Source: Escherichia phage RB14. From it: 64,000 nt of DNA. Positions 30,765 to 40,101 of the stretch are shown piece by piece. The stretch lies in sequence record NC_012638.1; one strand, 5' to 3'. Below the pieces are notes generated by a model that saw nothing but the letters and a program-made list of their open reading frames with translations, searched no databases and was not told the DNA's origin. Position 1 is the first letter of the stretch; every line of letters begins with the position of its first letter. The position numbers and the translations under genes are program-made.

Positions 30765-32447
30765 TTAAACCATTACAGTAAATCGACCAACTTTCTTCAT
30801 TTGAAGGTGCTGACCATATGCTTGTGGGTCATGGTCTCTATGCGAAATAACAAAAACATTAGTATTTTTTAAACTATCTAAAATAGTTGAAATAGCTTTT
30901 ACACCTTCAACATCGGTCGCTGAATCAAAAACTTCATCAAGAATTAGTGTGTTTATTTTAACACCTGAAACTTTTTCAGCAATATCACGCCAAGTAAATA
31001 AAAGAGCAATATCAATTCGTGCTTTTTCACCTTGACTGAATGAAGCATAACTAAAATCTTCACGACCACGGGATTTAATTGTCTCATTAAATTCTTCATC
31101 TAATGTAAACACATAATCCGCTTCCATTATTTTAAGATAATGGTTAATCTGCTTATTAAATAATGGAATGTACTTTTTAATAATAGCACCTTTAATACCA
31201 GAATCTTTGAGCATATCAGTCAAAATTCCTCGGTGGTATTTTTCCATTACTAAATTAGTTTTTGTCTTAACAATTTTATCAAGTTCTTCTTGAAGCAGTG
31301 CTATTTCATCAGCATGGTCAATAAACTCAGAAGATGCTTTTTCTATAGCCGCTTTAACTTTTTTAGCTTTATCTACCGTCGTGATTAGAGATTGCTTTTT
31401 ATTGCGAATATCATTTGCCAACGACTGCTGGGTTTTAATATTATCTCGGTATTCATCAACAAGAACTTTTAAATTATCACGGTGTGTTGAAAGCTGTTCA
31501 AATGAATGCGTACATTCAGAAACTTTATCTTTAATTTTAGAAACAACTTTATCACCGGAACTTAATTGTGACAAACAGGTTGGACATAATCCACCTTCGT
31601 GATACATATTAATGACTTTATTATACGAGTCAATTTTTGATTTAATTAAAAATGCTTCTTGACCGATTTTATTAAATGCATCAGTCGGGTCTTCATCCAA
31701 AACAATATTAACTAATCTTTCATTAGCTTCTTCTATTTCCGATTTTAGCGTTCTAGCTTCTTTTGCCAAATCATCATACATATTTTGCAGACGAGTAAGA
31801 TTGTCACCCGTTAATTTTTTCTGGCGTTCAACGTTATCATTATATATTTTAATTTGTTGGATAATACTATCTTTTTTAACATCAAGCACTTGGTTTTGTG
31901 AATTTAATTCACGTATTAGTGCTTTATTAAGCTTATCCATTTCAGCTAATGTTCCTACCTCGAGCAGGTCTTCCACAAGCTTTCTTCGCGCAGGGGTCGA
32001 CAAACCCATGAAAGGGGTATACCCTGCTGTACCAAGGACAACAATCTGCTTGAAACTGGCATATGACATTCCGATAAGCTGTTCAAATTCTGCTTGGAAA
32101 TCTTTACTGCTGGCAGATTCATTAAGACGTGTACCGTTAACGGTGATTTCGAAAACGTTTGGTTTTTGTCCTCTTTTGATATAGTACTTTTTCTCATCAT
32201 ATTCCATCCACAGTTCAACTAAAAGTTCTTTCTTATTTGTGCTGTTTATTAATTGACCTTTCTTTACATCACGAAATGGCTTACCAAAAAGCCCAAATGT
32301 GATGGCTTCTAGCATAGTAGACTTACCACCGCCATTTCGTCCAGTAATAAGAGTTTTTTGAACCTTATCTAATTGAATGTCAATAGGATTTCCACCTACT
32401 GACATTATATTTTGATACCTAACTCGGTTTAGTTTAAAATTCTTCAC
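30765..32447 (-). CDS. 46: recombination nuclease subunit gp46 (SbcC/Rad50-like), 560 aa
   Basis: Walker A GRNGGGKS, long coiled-coil middle, CPTC zinc hook; 560 aa as T4. Confidence 0.9.
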   Translation of the reverse strand: MKNFKLNRVRYQNIMSVGGNPIDIQLDKVQKTLITGRNGGGKSTMLEAITFGLFGKPFRDVKKGQLINSTNKKELLVELWMEYDEKKYYIKRGQKPNVFEITVNGTRLNESASSKDFQAEFEQLIGMSYASFKQIVVLGTAGYTPFMGLSTPARRKLVEDLLEVGTLAEMDKLNKALIRELNSQNQVLDVKKDSIIQQIKIYNDNVERQKKLTGDNLTRLQNMYDDLAKEARTLKSEIEEANERLVNIVLDEDPTDAFNKIGQEAFLIKSKIDSYNKVINMYHEGGLCPTCLSQLSSGDKVVSKIKDKVSECTHSFEQLSTHRDNLKVLVDEYRDNIKTQQSLANDIRNKKQSLITTVDKAKKVKAAIEKASSEFIDHADEIALLQEELDKIVKTKTNLVMEKYHRGILTDMLKDSGIKGAIIKKYIPLFNKQINHYLKIMEADYVFTLDEEFNETIKSRGREDFSYASFSQGEKARIDIALLFTWRDIAEKVSGVKINTLILDEVFDSATDVEGVKAISTILDSLKNTNVFVISHRDHDPQAYGQHLQMKKVGRFTVMV

Positions 32448-32707
32448 AAAAGATTCCTTTTAATGTATCTTTTAGACCATTCTATCATATCATCATAATC
32501 TAAAAAGTATTCATCAAATTCAGCCATGCAAACAACGCCTTGTGCTGCTTTTGATGTGATATAAATTATTCCAACATATCTAGAATCTTCTTCGGTGTAA
32601 TCAATATTTGCTATGAATTCATCATTAATGTCAAATGTCGAAAACTTCACAGTATGCATCCTTAATACAAGATACAGCCATATCTCGTAATGATTTAGGT
32701 GTGTCAT
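32444..32707 (-). CDS. 46.1-position protein, 87 aa
   Basis: ORF table. Confidence 0.5.
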   Translation of the reverse strand: MTHLNHYEIWLYLVLRMHTVKFSTFDINDEFIANIDYTEEDSRYVGIIYITSKAAQGVVCMAEFDEYFLDYDDMIEWSKRYIKRNLL

Positions 32708-32894
32708 TATCTAAAATGTTGAAGTTAAAAGATACAGCCCAGTCAGTGCAGACTGTAACCTTTTTAATACAATTATCTTCAACCTCTAACGGTTCAAACC
32801 AATATTCAATAATTTCTTTATGCCCAATATCATCTTTTACTTCGCATTCAAAATGCTGACTCATCATAACATTTTTAAATTCATCAAAAGTCAT
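32631..32894 (-). CDS. 46.2-position protein, up to 87 aa (start uncertain)
   Basis: ORF table; overlaps the previous ORF by 77 bp. Confidence 0.45.
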   Translation of the reverse strand: MTFDEFKNVMMSQHFECEVKDDIGHKEIIEYWFEPLEVEDNCIKKVTVCTDWAVSFNFNILDNDTPKSLRDMAVSCIKDAYCEVFDI

Positions 32895-33910
32895 TGTGTT
32901 GCCTCTACATATAGCTGATTTGCATATTGAATAAGTGCTTCACGGTCAGAATCAGTGATGTCTGGAATTGCATTAATATACTCTTCCATTAATGTCTGAA
33001 GCGATTGGACTTCAACTTCTTCACTGTCATCTGACTCGACAGAGTTATCAATCTTTGACACAACTCGTAATGAATGCACAACTTTTTCTAGTTCAGATTC
33101 GAACTTCGTCAGATTTTTGTCTACCTCAGTTACTATAACACGTACTGATAGATTTGTAAAATCTTTATAGTCAATTTTTCCTTTAAATGGATAATGAATT
33201 CTACGATGCCAGGTAGTATTGTTTGGAATAAATTCCATTCGTTCTGTTTCTGTATCAAACATCCAGAACCCACGAGGGTCATTCTCGTCACCTGCAGTTA
33301 GTGTCCATGGTGTCCCAATATATCTGACGTTTGCAGCCTCAGAGATAGTATGGAAGTGACCAGACCACACTTCTTTATAAGTCTTAAGGAAATCAGGTTC
33401 AAGACCGTGAGATTTCATTCCTTTATAAAAATAAAATCCATTCAGTTCCCAGTGACCAACACAAAAAGAAGCAGATGAAGTTTTGATATGCTCAAGAATT
33501 TCACCAGTATTTTCTTCGCACATCCAAGGAATTAAATCAATCAAACATCCGTCAAAATCTACTGTAGTAGGCTTATCATATACTTTAACATTAGGATATT
33601 TAGCCAAAAGCTCAGTAGAAGCATTTGGATGCATTACATTTTTGTAGTGGAGATCGTGATTTCCTACAATAGTATGTAATGTGATTCCAGCACCATCAAG
33701 CATTTGAACTATTTCACGGGCAAACTCCATAGTTTTATGCGTGATCGCTTTTCGCACATCAAAAATATCACCGTATTGAATCCATACCGTAATTCCATTT
33801 TTCTTAGAATATTCTATCGCTTGCTTAATTCCATCAATTTGAATACCGCGAATCCACTCATCATCAGCTTTAACGCCTAAATGCCAATCACCTAAATTTA
33901 GAATTTTCAT
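32891..33910 (-). CDS. 47: recombination nuclease subunit gp47 (SbcD/Mre11-like), 339 aa
   Basis: calcineurin-like phosphoesterase motifs (DWHLG, GNHD); 339 aa as T4. Confidence 0.9.
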   Translation of the reverse strand: MKILNLGDWHLGVKADDEWIRGIQIDGIKQAIEYSKKNGITVWIQYGDIFDVRKAITHKTMEFAREIVQMLDGAGITLHTIVGNHDLHYKNVMHPNASTELLAKYPNVKVYDKPTTVDFDGCLIDLIPWMCEENTGEILEHIKTSSASFCVGHWELNGFYFYKGMKSHGLEPDFLKTYKEVWSGHFHTISEAANVRYIGTPWTLTAGDENDPRGFWMFDTETERMEFIPNNTTWHRRIHYPFKGKIDYKDFTNLSVRVIVTEVDKNLTKFESELEKVVHSLRVVSKIDNSVESDDSEEVEVQSLQTLMEEYINAIPDITDSDREALIQYANQLYVEATQ

Positions 33911-34047
33911 ATATCAAGAACCGTCATTGAAATGCAAAATAAAATTATTGAAATAAATCCATCTGGAGTGCTAAAGAACCCAATCCAACATGCTCTAGTG
34001 AATAGATAAAATGCAAGAAAAAGTATCACATATCCAAGAAATATCAT
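33907..34047 (-). CDS. small hydrophobic protein, 46 aa (not in ORF table)
   Basis: my translation MIFLGYVILFLAFYLF...; stop overlaps the gene 47 start. Confidence 0.4.
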   Translation of the reverse strand: MIFLGYVILFLAFYLFTRACWIGFFSTPDGFISIILFCISMTVLDI

Positions 34048-34070
34048 TATATCAAACTCCGTATAAAGCT

Positions 34071-34088
34071 AAAGGGCCGAAGCCCTTT
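34071..34088 (-). terminator. UUCG hairpin after a-gt
   Basis: aaagggc-cgaa-gcccttt inverted repeat. Confidence 0.55.
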
Positions 34089-35289
34089 ATTTTGTAATAA
34101 TATCAAACTGTTCTTTAAAGCAGAAGCTTGAATCTTGATGCTGATACAAAAATTCATATGCTTTTTCTCGCTCACGGTCATAAAGAGCTCGGTCAGATGA
34201 CAGTTCTTTAATACGTTCAAACGTTGATTCCATATCATTTTCATCAAACCAAATGATACCGCTATCATGCGAGGTCAAAGGAGTATTATCAACACGGAAT
34301 TTTAAATTTTCGCCAGTAGATTTCCAAAATACCGGAATTGTTCCACATGCACCAAGCTCGAGATGAGTATATTCTAAAGAGCGTTGTAGATATTTTTTAT
34401 CCAACTTACTCAACTGATAACCAAAACCGGATTTACTCATACGTTCAAGCATTTCGCTATTTACATAACGGTCAAGAATTTGCGTTGGCAAATTAGGAGC
34501 AATTTTAATTTGGTCTACTTGATGAAGACGATAATACTCGTATGGAATTCCTTTTTCTTTAATGGGAATGAACGCTGGAGAACGTTCCAGACCTTCCATA
34601 ATAGTACTTAGTCCTGCAGGTTTAAGATGTTTTTCATGAAAATCAAACATCTGATAAAAACCTTTCCACGTAGTCGTACGACCAATCCAACGGTTAATAT
34701 TCATGTTAATTTCAGAAACATCTTTCCAGTAGGTTGACCGAACCTTCGCAATATCCATAGGAGGCTGAAAGTTATATACGGTCGGTGCTTCTTCAATATC
34801 ATCAAACAGAGAAACTGTTTCAGGATACCATTCTTTCATCAGAACTTTATTAAAATCGCCATTATCAGAATGACTAAAAATAACATCAGCTCGACGAACA
34901 GTTTCTTCTAATCCCAAATTTCGACGCAAAGAAAGAGAAGAATGGTCATGTTGATAAACTACAACACGAACCGAAGGTTTAATGTTATCAATAATTTTTT
35001 TATAGTTATTAATAGTGTCTTCTTCAACTGAAGTAGCAGGAACTGAATTGATAATTAGAATATCACAATCATTTACCAGCTTAAGTGTTTTATCGTATTC
35101 TTTTGCCAATAAAACCGGAATTGAAAATGATTTATAATCATGTGCACAGTTACGAGTAAATGATTTATCTTTAGCATAAACCAAAGTTACTTCATGACCA
35201 TTTTTAATAAACCAATCACGTTGCTCGAGTGAGAATTTTGTCACACCACAACCTTCAAGACCTCGAGCCATAAAAATACATACTTTCAT
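34087..35289 (-). CDS. a-gt: HMC alpha-glucosyltransferase, 400 aa
   Basis: near-identical to T4 alpha-gt as I recall. Confidence 0.9.
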   Translation of the reverse strand: MKVCIFMARGLEGCGVTKFSLEQRDWFIKNGHEVTLVYAKDKSFTRNCAHDYKSFSIPVLLAKEYDKTLKLVNDCDILIINSVPATSVEEDTINNYKKIIDNIKPSVRVVVYQHDHSSLSLRRNLGLEETVRRADVIFSHSDNGDFNKVLMKEWYPETVSLFDDIEEAPTVYNFQPPMDIAKVRSTYWKDVSEINMNINRWIGRTTTWKGFYQMFDFHEKHLKPAGLSTIMEGLERSPAFIPIKEKGIPYEYYRLHQVDQIKIAPNLPTQILDRYVNSEMLERMSKSGFGYQLSKLDKKYLQRSLEYTHLELGACGTIPVFWKSTGENLKFRVDNTPLTSHDSGIIWFDENDMESTFERIKELSSDRALYDREREKAYEFLYQHQDSSFCFKEQFDIITK

Positions 35290-35338
35290 TTAATATCCTC
35301 TTTGTTTTGGTTTATTTTACCAAAAATTTATAAAGCAA

Positions 35339-35358
35339 TATAGGAGCCGAAGCTCCTA
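35339..35358 (-). terminator. UUCG hairpin
   Basis: ataggagc-cgaa-gctcctat inverted repeat. Confidence 0.5.
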
Positions 35359-35529
35359 TCCGCATAATACGCCATACAGAGGCTCATTAGAACTTTTAAA
35401 TTTTATGCGCTTATATGTTATAATTCCTTCTGCTTTAGCTTTATCATGAGACTCTTTAAAGCGTCTCATCATTTCCTCTTTAGAGGAACAAATTTTATTA
35501 TAATCTATTTCAGAAGTCTGGGTGTTCAT
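35356..35529 (-). CDS. small protein, 57 aa (not in ORF table)
   Basis: my translation MNTQTSEIDYNKICSSKEEMMRRFK...; fills the a-gt upstream gap. Confidence 0.35.
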   Translation of the reverse strand: MNTQTSEIDYNKICSSKEEMMRRFKESHDKAKAEGIITYKRIKFKSSNEPLYGVLCG

Positions 35530-35532
35530 CTT

Positions 35533-35739
35533 TCACAGTTGCCACCATTTTTTGACTTGATAAGAATCAACCCACACTTTCATATTAGGGTCTGCTCTTA
35601 CAATAGGAGGATTAACTTCTTTAATTGAACTATCATGGTATTCTTTTTCAGAAATTTTCACACAAAGATGACCATTCAAAGATTCAGTAAATCCTGCATT
35701 AATTTTAAGACGCTTGAATTTTACGTGTGTAAGCATCAA
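35533..35739 (-). CDS. hypothetical protein, 68 aa
   Basis: ORF table. Confidence 0.45.
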   Translation of the reverse strand: MMLTHVKFKRLKINAGFTESLNGHLCVKISEKEYHDSSIKEVNPPIVRADPNMKVWVDSYQVKKWWQL

Positions 35740-36022
35740 TCATATCCTCAATCTGCGATCTAGTAGTCTTCCAAAGAATACTGATGAGTTCATCGTTATA
35801 TGGCTGTTTTAGAATATCCCGACTTTTCTTGATAGCATATTCGTATTGAGCAAAATTATTGTTTTCAGCTGCGATCTGAGCGTGCTTATAAAGACGATTC
35901 AGTTCGCGTTTGTTTTTAGACAATAACTTATTTGCTTTTCTTTCTGCTTCAAGACGGTTCTTTTCTTCAATAGAAGAAATAAGCTTTTCCACTTCATCAT
36001 TAATTTCGGGTTTATCAGTCAT
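35705..36022 (-). CDS. hypothetical helical protein, 105 aa
   Basis: ORF table. Confidence 0.5.
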   Translation of the reverse strand: MTDKPEINDEVEKLISSIEEKNRLEAERKANKLLSKNKRELNRLYKHAQIAAENNNFAQYEYAIKKSRDILKQPYNDELISILWKTTRSQIEDMIDAYTRKIQAS

Positions 36023-36023
36023 A

Positions 36024-36242
36024 TTATTTCTCTAATATAAAATAAAAATCATCATCTGTTAAATGATACCGATAGTTTAATTCTACACCATTAGATTTAA
36101 AAGCGGTATCATACGGATTTTCTGGATCAATATCAATGTCAAGAGCTAAAACTTCCCTGAGATACATTTTAAGTAAATAGGGAATAGCTTCAACTTCAGG
36201 TATTTCTTCCAAGAATCCGGAGAGGTTAATCGTTAGCCTCAT
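36024..36242 (-). CDS. hypothetical protein, 72 aa
   Basis: ORF table. Confidence 0.45.
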
Positions 36243-36783
36243 ATAAAAAATCCAAACTAGGAGAATCGTCTACAACACTTTTCTTTTCAGCCCCCGGTGT
36301 TCTATAGGTTGATTCTTCGTAATGCGTCATTTTATCATAGATGTCTTGAATAAAAGTTTCATCTACTAACGCAACCATATCGTCGTCACGGCTGTCATAG
36401 ACATTGTGAACGAAGTAACTATATTTCTTTGCAACTTCCTTACGTTCTTTTTTAATACGTTGGACAAATGCATTAAAACAAGCTTGAGTTATATATGCAT
36501 GCGGGTTTTTATATTTCGTTTCATCAAAATTGTGAAGTCCCTTAATAGAAGCTTCTATACCATCTGCAATCATTTCTTGTTTCCAAGACTGGGTGTATCC
36601 TGAAAAGTTAAAACGTTTAGATAAGCCTTCTGCAATAAGCATAATGGCTAATCCGATAGTATCATTCTGACGAACTACTTTATTTGGGTCTTTATTATTT
36701 GCTAATTCTGTTTTCCAATCAATAATAGCTTGTAAAAGCTCTTTATTGTTTACGTAATTATATTTAGGCTTAGTTTCTGACAT
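36226..36783 (-). CDS. 55: late sigma factor gp55, 185 aa
   Basis: length and position as T4 gp55; start at the Met 2 codons into the table ORF. Confidence 0.85.
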
Positions 36784-36861
36784 TTTCACCTCTTAGCTCA
36801 ATTCATAGATCTATTATATCATAATATTTGAAGATCTATCTTAAAGCACAGAGGATATCAG

Positions 36862-37131
36862 TTATCTAAGTAAGCAGTATGCTTGGAACACTTTCTCCAT
36901 CATCTTTTTAAATTCATGAATATCTATATAATGACTAGTTAAATCAGCATGATATAAAAAGTCTAAAAACTTTTCATGTGTGCTAACATATTCACTTTCA
37001 TTTAATTCAGAAACATGACTTTCCCAATATCCAACACCAGTCTTATTTGGGAAAAATGAAATTTTCATGTATTGGTCAACATAGAAAATGCCATAATTTT
37101 CAATAGTAATAGAAATATTAATAAATTTCAT
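36862..37131 (-). CDS. hypothetical protein, 89 aa
   Basis: ORF table. Confidence 0.45.
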   Translation of the reverse strand: MKFINISITIENYGIFYVDQYMKISFFPNKTGVGYWESHVSELNESEYVSTHEKFLDFLYHADLTSHYIDIHEFKKMMEKVFQAYCLLR

Positions 37132-37343
37132 ACATTCATCAACTTAGCCGCTTCAAGAGCTGCATCTAGTGAATCAAATTGGTCAACATATTCAATCAAT
37201 TCGCCGTAATTGGCATATAACCACCATTGGCTAAATTCATACTCAAGGATGAATCCGTTTCCTTCAATTTGAGTTAAACCAATGCCATTTGTATTTACTT
37301 CATATCCAGCAAGACGCAAATCGTTAATAAGAGCTTCGTTCAT
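37128..37343 (-). CDS. hypothetical acidic protein, 71 aa
   Basis: ORF table. Confidence 0.45.
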   Translation of the reverse strand: MNEALINDLRLAGYEVNTNGIGLTQIEGNGFILEYEFSQWWLYANYGELIEYVDQFDSLDAALEAAKLMNV

Positions 37344-37345
37344 AA

Positions 37346-37672
37346 TTATACCTTAGTAATTTTCAGGTCTGCAAATTTTTTCTTGCGTTGATTTTTCATA
37401 CGACGAATAGTCTTATCGGAAATTTCATGCTTTTGATAAGCTTTAGATTCTACACCAAAAGCTTTAACATCAAATTCTGACAAGATATATTGAACCAACA
37501 ATTCACGGACAGTATTGCGTCCAATCTTCTGATCATTCTGTTTCATCGTCTGATGAAGCTCTTTTTCCCATTTATCCAAAATTTGAGGAGTTACAATATC
37601 GCCTTTTTCTAGCAAAGAAACTACTTTATCATATGCGTAAGAATTGATGGCGTTTTTAATTTGAATAGTCAT
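37346..37672 (-). CDS. hypothetical protein, 108 aa
   Basis: ORF table. Confidence 0.5.
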   Translation of the reverse strand: MTIQIKNAINSYAYDKVVSLLEKGDIVTPQILDKWEKELHQTMKQNDQKIGRNTVRELLVQYILSEFDVKAFGVESKAYQKHEISDKTIRRMKNQRKKKFADLKITKV

Positions 37673-37709
37673 ACATTATCCTCAATTGCATTAAAATTTT
37701 ATTATCCAA

Positions 37710-37725
37710 AAGGGCCGAAGCCCTT
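37710..37725 (-). terminator. UUCG hairpin
   Basis: aagggc-cgaa-gccctt inverted repeat. Confidence 0.5.
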
Positions 37726-37924
37726 AGCTAAACTTTTTGGCACCCTTCCAGCCTTCGTACATCATTGCGACTGACAATGACAAAGCTCCTTCACATGCTG
37801 CATACTTATTATTCCAGAACCAATTTAGAAAAACTTCATCCTCAATACCATTGTGTTTCATGTTCTGGAAAAATTTGGCGCGTTCTTCAGCAATTCGCTG
37901 CGATAATTTAGATTCAGGATTCAT
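37724..37924 (-). CDS. hypothetical protein, 66 aa
   Basis: ORF table. Confidence 0.45.
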   Translation of the reverse strand: MNPESKLSQRIAEERAKFFQNMKHNGIEDEVFLNWFWNNKYAACEGALSLSVAMMYEGWKGAKKFS

Positions 37925-38063
37925 TTAAATTTTCCAGTTACCGTTTTCATCAATAAATTTAATCCAGTCATTTACTGACCACTTAGTTGTATCGCCTTTT
38001 GGAGTAACATTTAAAGTATATAGCCCTTGCTTAAAAAGCATTCGTTTGATATTCATATTTTCC

Positions 38064-38402
38064 TCAGCTGTAACGATAGCACTCGTTTGATTTACGCTTA
38101 GCAACTAGTTGAGAAGTATTATAATCAAAATCATCGTCAATGTAAACAGATTTTTTCAACTTTCTTACTTCACCACGCAGTTGACGATTCAATTCATTCT
38201 TAACCTCTGAATCAACACCTCGCATACGTCGCCATTTATCTGAACGAAAAATGTTTTCAACCATATCTTTATGACTTACCCCATCAGGAGCTTTACGCTT
38301 TCCGAAATAGTCATAATCGCGCACTTTTAAATCTTTACGACGATACGTTTTACCCATGGAGTTTAATTTCCTTAGCAACTGAACTAAATACAGCACGGTC
38401 AC
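38064..38402 (-). CDS. highly basic protein, about 97-112 aa
   Basis: ORF table; probable start at the internal Met (MGKTYRRKDLK...). Confidence 0.45.
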   Translation of the reverse strand: MTVLYLVQLLRKLNSMGKTYRRKDLKVRDYDYFGKRKAPDGVSHKDMVENIFRSDKWRRMRGVDSEVKNELNRQLRGEVRKLKKSVYIDDDFDYNTSQLVAKRKSNECYRYS

Positions 38403-38532
38403 AAATCATCTGTTTATGTAACTTGAGTATAAGATAATAAACTTCAAAACCGTTTACATAAGTAACACGAACAACATTACCATTAATAAAATAATACTGT
38501 CCCTTTTTAATTTCTTTATCAACCACAACCAT
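38350..38532 (-). CDS. hypothetical small protein, 60 aa
   Basis: ORF table. Confidence 0.4.
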   Translation of the reverse strand: MVVVDKEIKKGQYYFINGNVVRVTYVNGFEVYYLILKLHKQMICDRAVFSSVAKEIKLHG

Positions 38533-38690
38533 ATCAATTCCTCAAAGGCAATTCATATGTTAATAATACCACAGTTTGAACTTCTTGTAAACAACTTTGT
38601 GAAAATTATTTTAGGGAATGATAAGAAGGGAACGATAGCTTAGAATGGTAATATACAGAATGTGAAAAAGAAAGGCCCAGAGGGCCCGTC

Positions 38691-39014
38691 TTAGTCTTCT
38701 ATGATATCTCTATCATATCCAAGTGAAATGAGAGTTTCTTTGAAGTGTTTAATGTTCTTTTGTCTAGAATCATTAATGAAAATGACTGGATAACGAATGT
38801 TAAGAGATGTGAATCCAGCGCGTTTAGCAAGAGATACAATCAGCGGACGATCATACTCAATCTTACCGTTATTTGTAAGAACTTTATAGAAAGTAAAAGG
38901 AGCATTGAGCTCCTTTAGAAGTTTTGTAACTGATTGACATCCAGGACAACGACCTACTTCTTCGGGGATGCCATAGATTTCAATCTTATTCTTTAAGTTC
39001 GAGTTTTGTTCCAC
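38691..39014 (-). CDS. nrdH: glutaredoxin-like protein NrdH (CPGC active site), about 107 aa
   Basis: CPGC redox motif; AAGGA Shine-Dalgarno before GTG at 39012-39014; the longer table ORF overlaps the upstream gene. Confidence 0.6.
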   Translation of the reverse strand: MEQNSNLKNKIEIYGIPEEVGRCPGCQSVTKLLKELNAPFTFYKVLTNNGKIEYDRPLIVSLAKRAGFTSLNIRYPVIFINDSRQKNIKHFKETLISLGYDRDIIED

Positions 39015-39297
39015 GAGAAATAATTCCTTGATAAGCCCAGTATGGCGGGTTAACAGAATCCTCACCAGAGTTTTCTTCAGGAAAATAAACCTGGATAACG
39101 AAGCCGGATTCATCAAAGGTGAAATAAGTAGTAGGCAGTTCACCTAACAAATCGGCACGAGCGTTGATTTCTTCGAGGTCTTGTTCACGTCCAGCCCAGA
39201 AGCTTGGGTTCAGACTACATTCATAGAAATAATAGTCATTACCGAACATATCAAAACCATTCCAACTCTCTACTACATACCGCTCAAAACTAATCAT
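38986..39297 (-). CDS. hypothetical protein, 103 aa
   Basis: ORF table. Confidence 0.5.
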   Translation of the reverse strand: MISFERYVVESWNGFDMFGNDYYFYECSLNPSFWAGREQDLEEINARADLLGELPTTYFTFDESGFVIQVYFPEENSGEDSVNPPYWAYQGIISRGTKLELKE

Positions 39298-39299
39298 AA

Positions 39300-39515
39300 T
39301 TAAGCCTTTTTATCAAGAACAGCATTCAGCTTGTTAGTAATTTTATCCAGACGCTCATTAAACTCACTAGAAGATAAGCCCTTTTCTGGAGAAATTAAAC
39401 TAATCACGAAAAATATAGCAATAAAAGGAATAAGGAAAATAGCTCCAACTGCCATAAACAGAAAGAATGTTACAGTTGTAAGAAAATCAGCTAAACCTTT
39501 ACGAAATTTATACAT
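39300..39515 (-). CDS. small membrane protein, 71 aa
   Basis: one long hydrophobic segment. Confidence 0.5.
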   Translation of the reverse strand: MYKFRKGLADFLTTVTFFLFMAVGAIFLIPFIAIFFVISLISPEKGLSSSEFNERLDKITNKLNAVLDKKA

Positions 39516-39630
39516 ATTTTACCCTTAATTAATTAACCAAGCATTGATAAGCACTAAACTATATTGGGAATAAAATTCTGGACCAAAATGAAAAATCATA
39601 TCATTTATAGTATCCATAATGTAATTCAGT

Positions 39631-40101
39631 TTAATCATGTTTCCACACCCCATCGGTATTTGACCAAAGTCGCTGATTATCTGATCCTCGCCACAGCTTT
39701 TTGGTCGGAAGATTTTTCTCATACTTCCCATCAATAATAACATCAACATATTTAAGCATTTCTAGTTGTTTAATATCTTCAAACTTATATCCTGTCCACA
39801 ACCAAATGCTTTTATTGGGATAAAGATTTTTAATAGTTTGAACCACAGAGTGAATCACGTCTCTGTTATCAGGATAAAGAGGGTCTCCTCCAGTTATAGT
39901 TAATCCTTCTATATAATCATTATTCAAACATTCAATTAATTGTTCTAATGTTTCACCAGTGAATGGAATACCATTTCTAGCATTCCATGTTGATTTATTA
40001 TAACACCCTTCGCATTTATGCAAACATCCAGTAACAAAAAGAACGGTCCTGCACCCAGGACCATTAACAAAATCGCAAGGATAAAATCTATCATAATTCA
40101 T
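39631..40101 (-). CDS. nrdG: anaerobic ribonucleotide reductase activase NrdG (radical SAM), 156 aa
   Basis: cysteine cluster CLHKCEGC; 156 aa as T4. Confidence 0.9.
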   Translation of the reverse strand: MNYDRFYPCDFVNGPGCRTVLFVTGCLHKCEGCYNKSTWNARNGIPFTGETLEQLIECLNNDYIEGLTITGGDPLYPDNRDVIHSVVQTIKNLYPNKSIWLWTGYKFEDIKQLEMLKYVDVIIDGKYEKNLPTKKLWRGSDNQRLWSNTDGVWKHD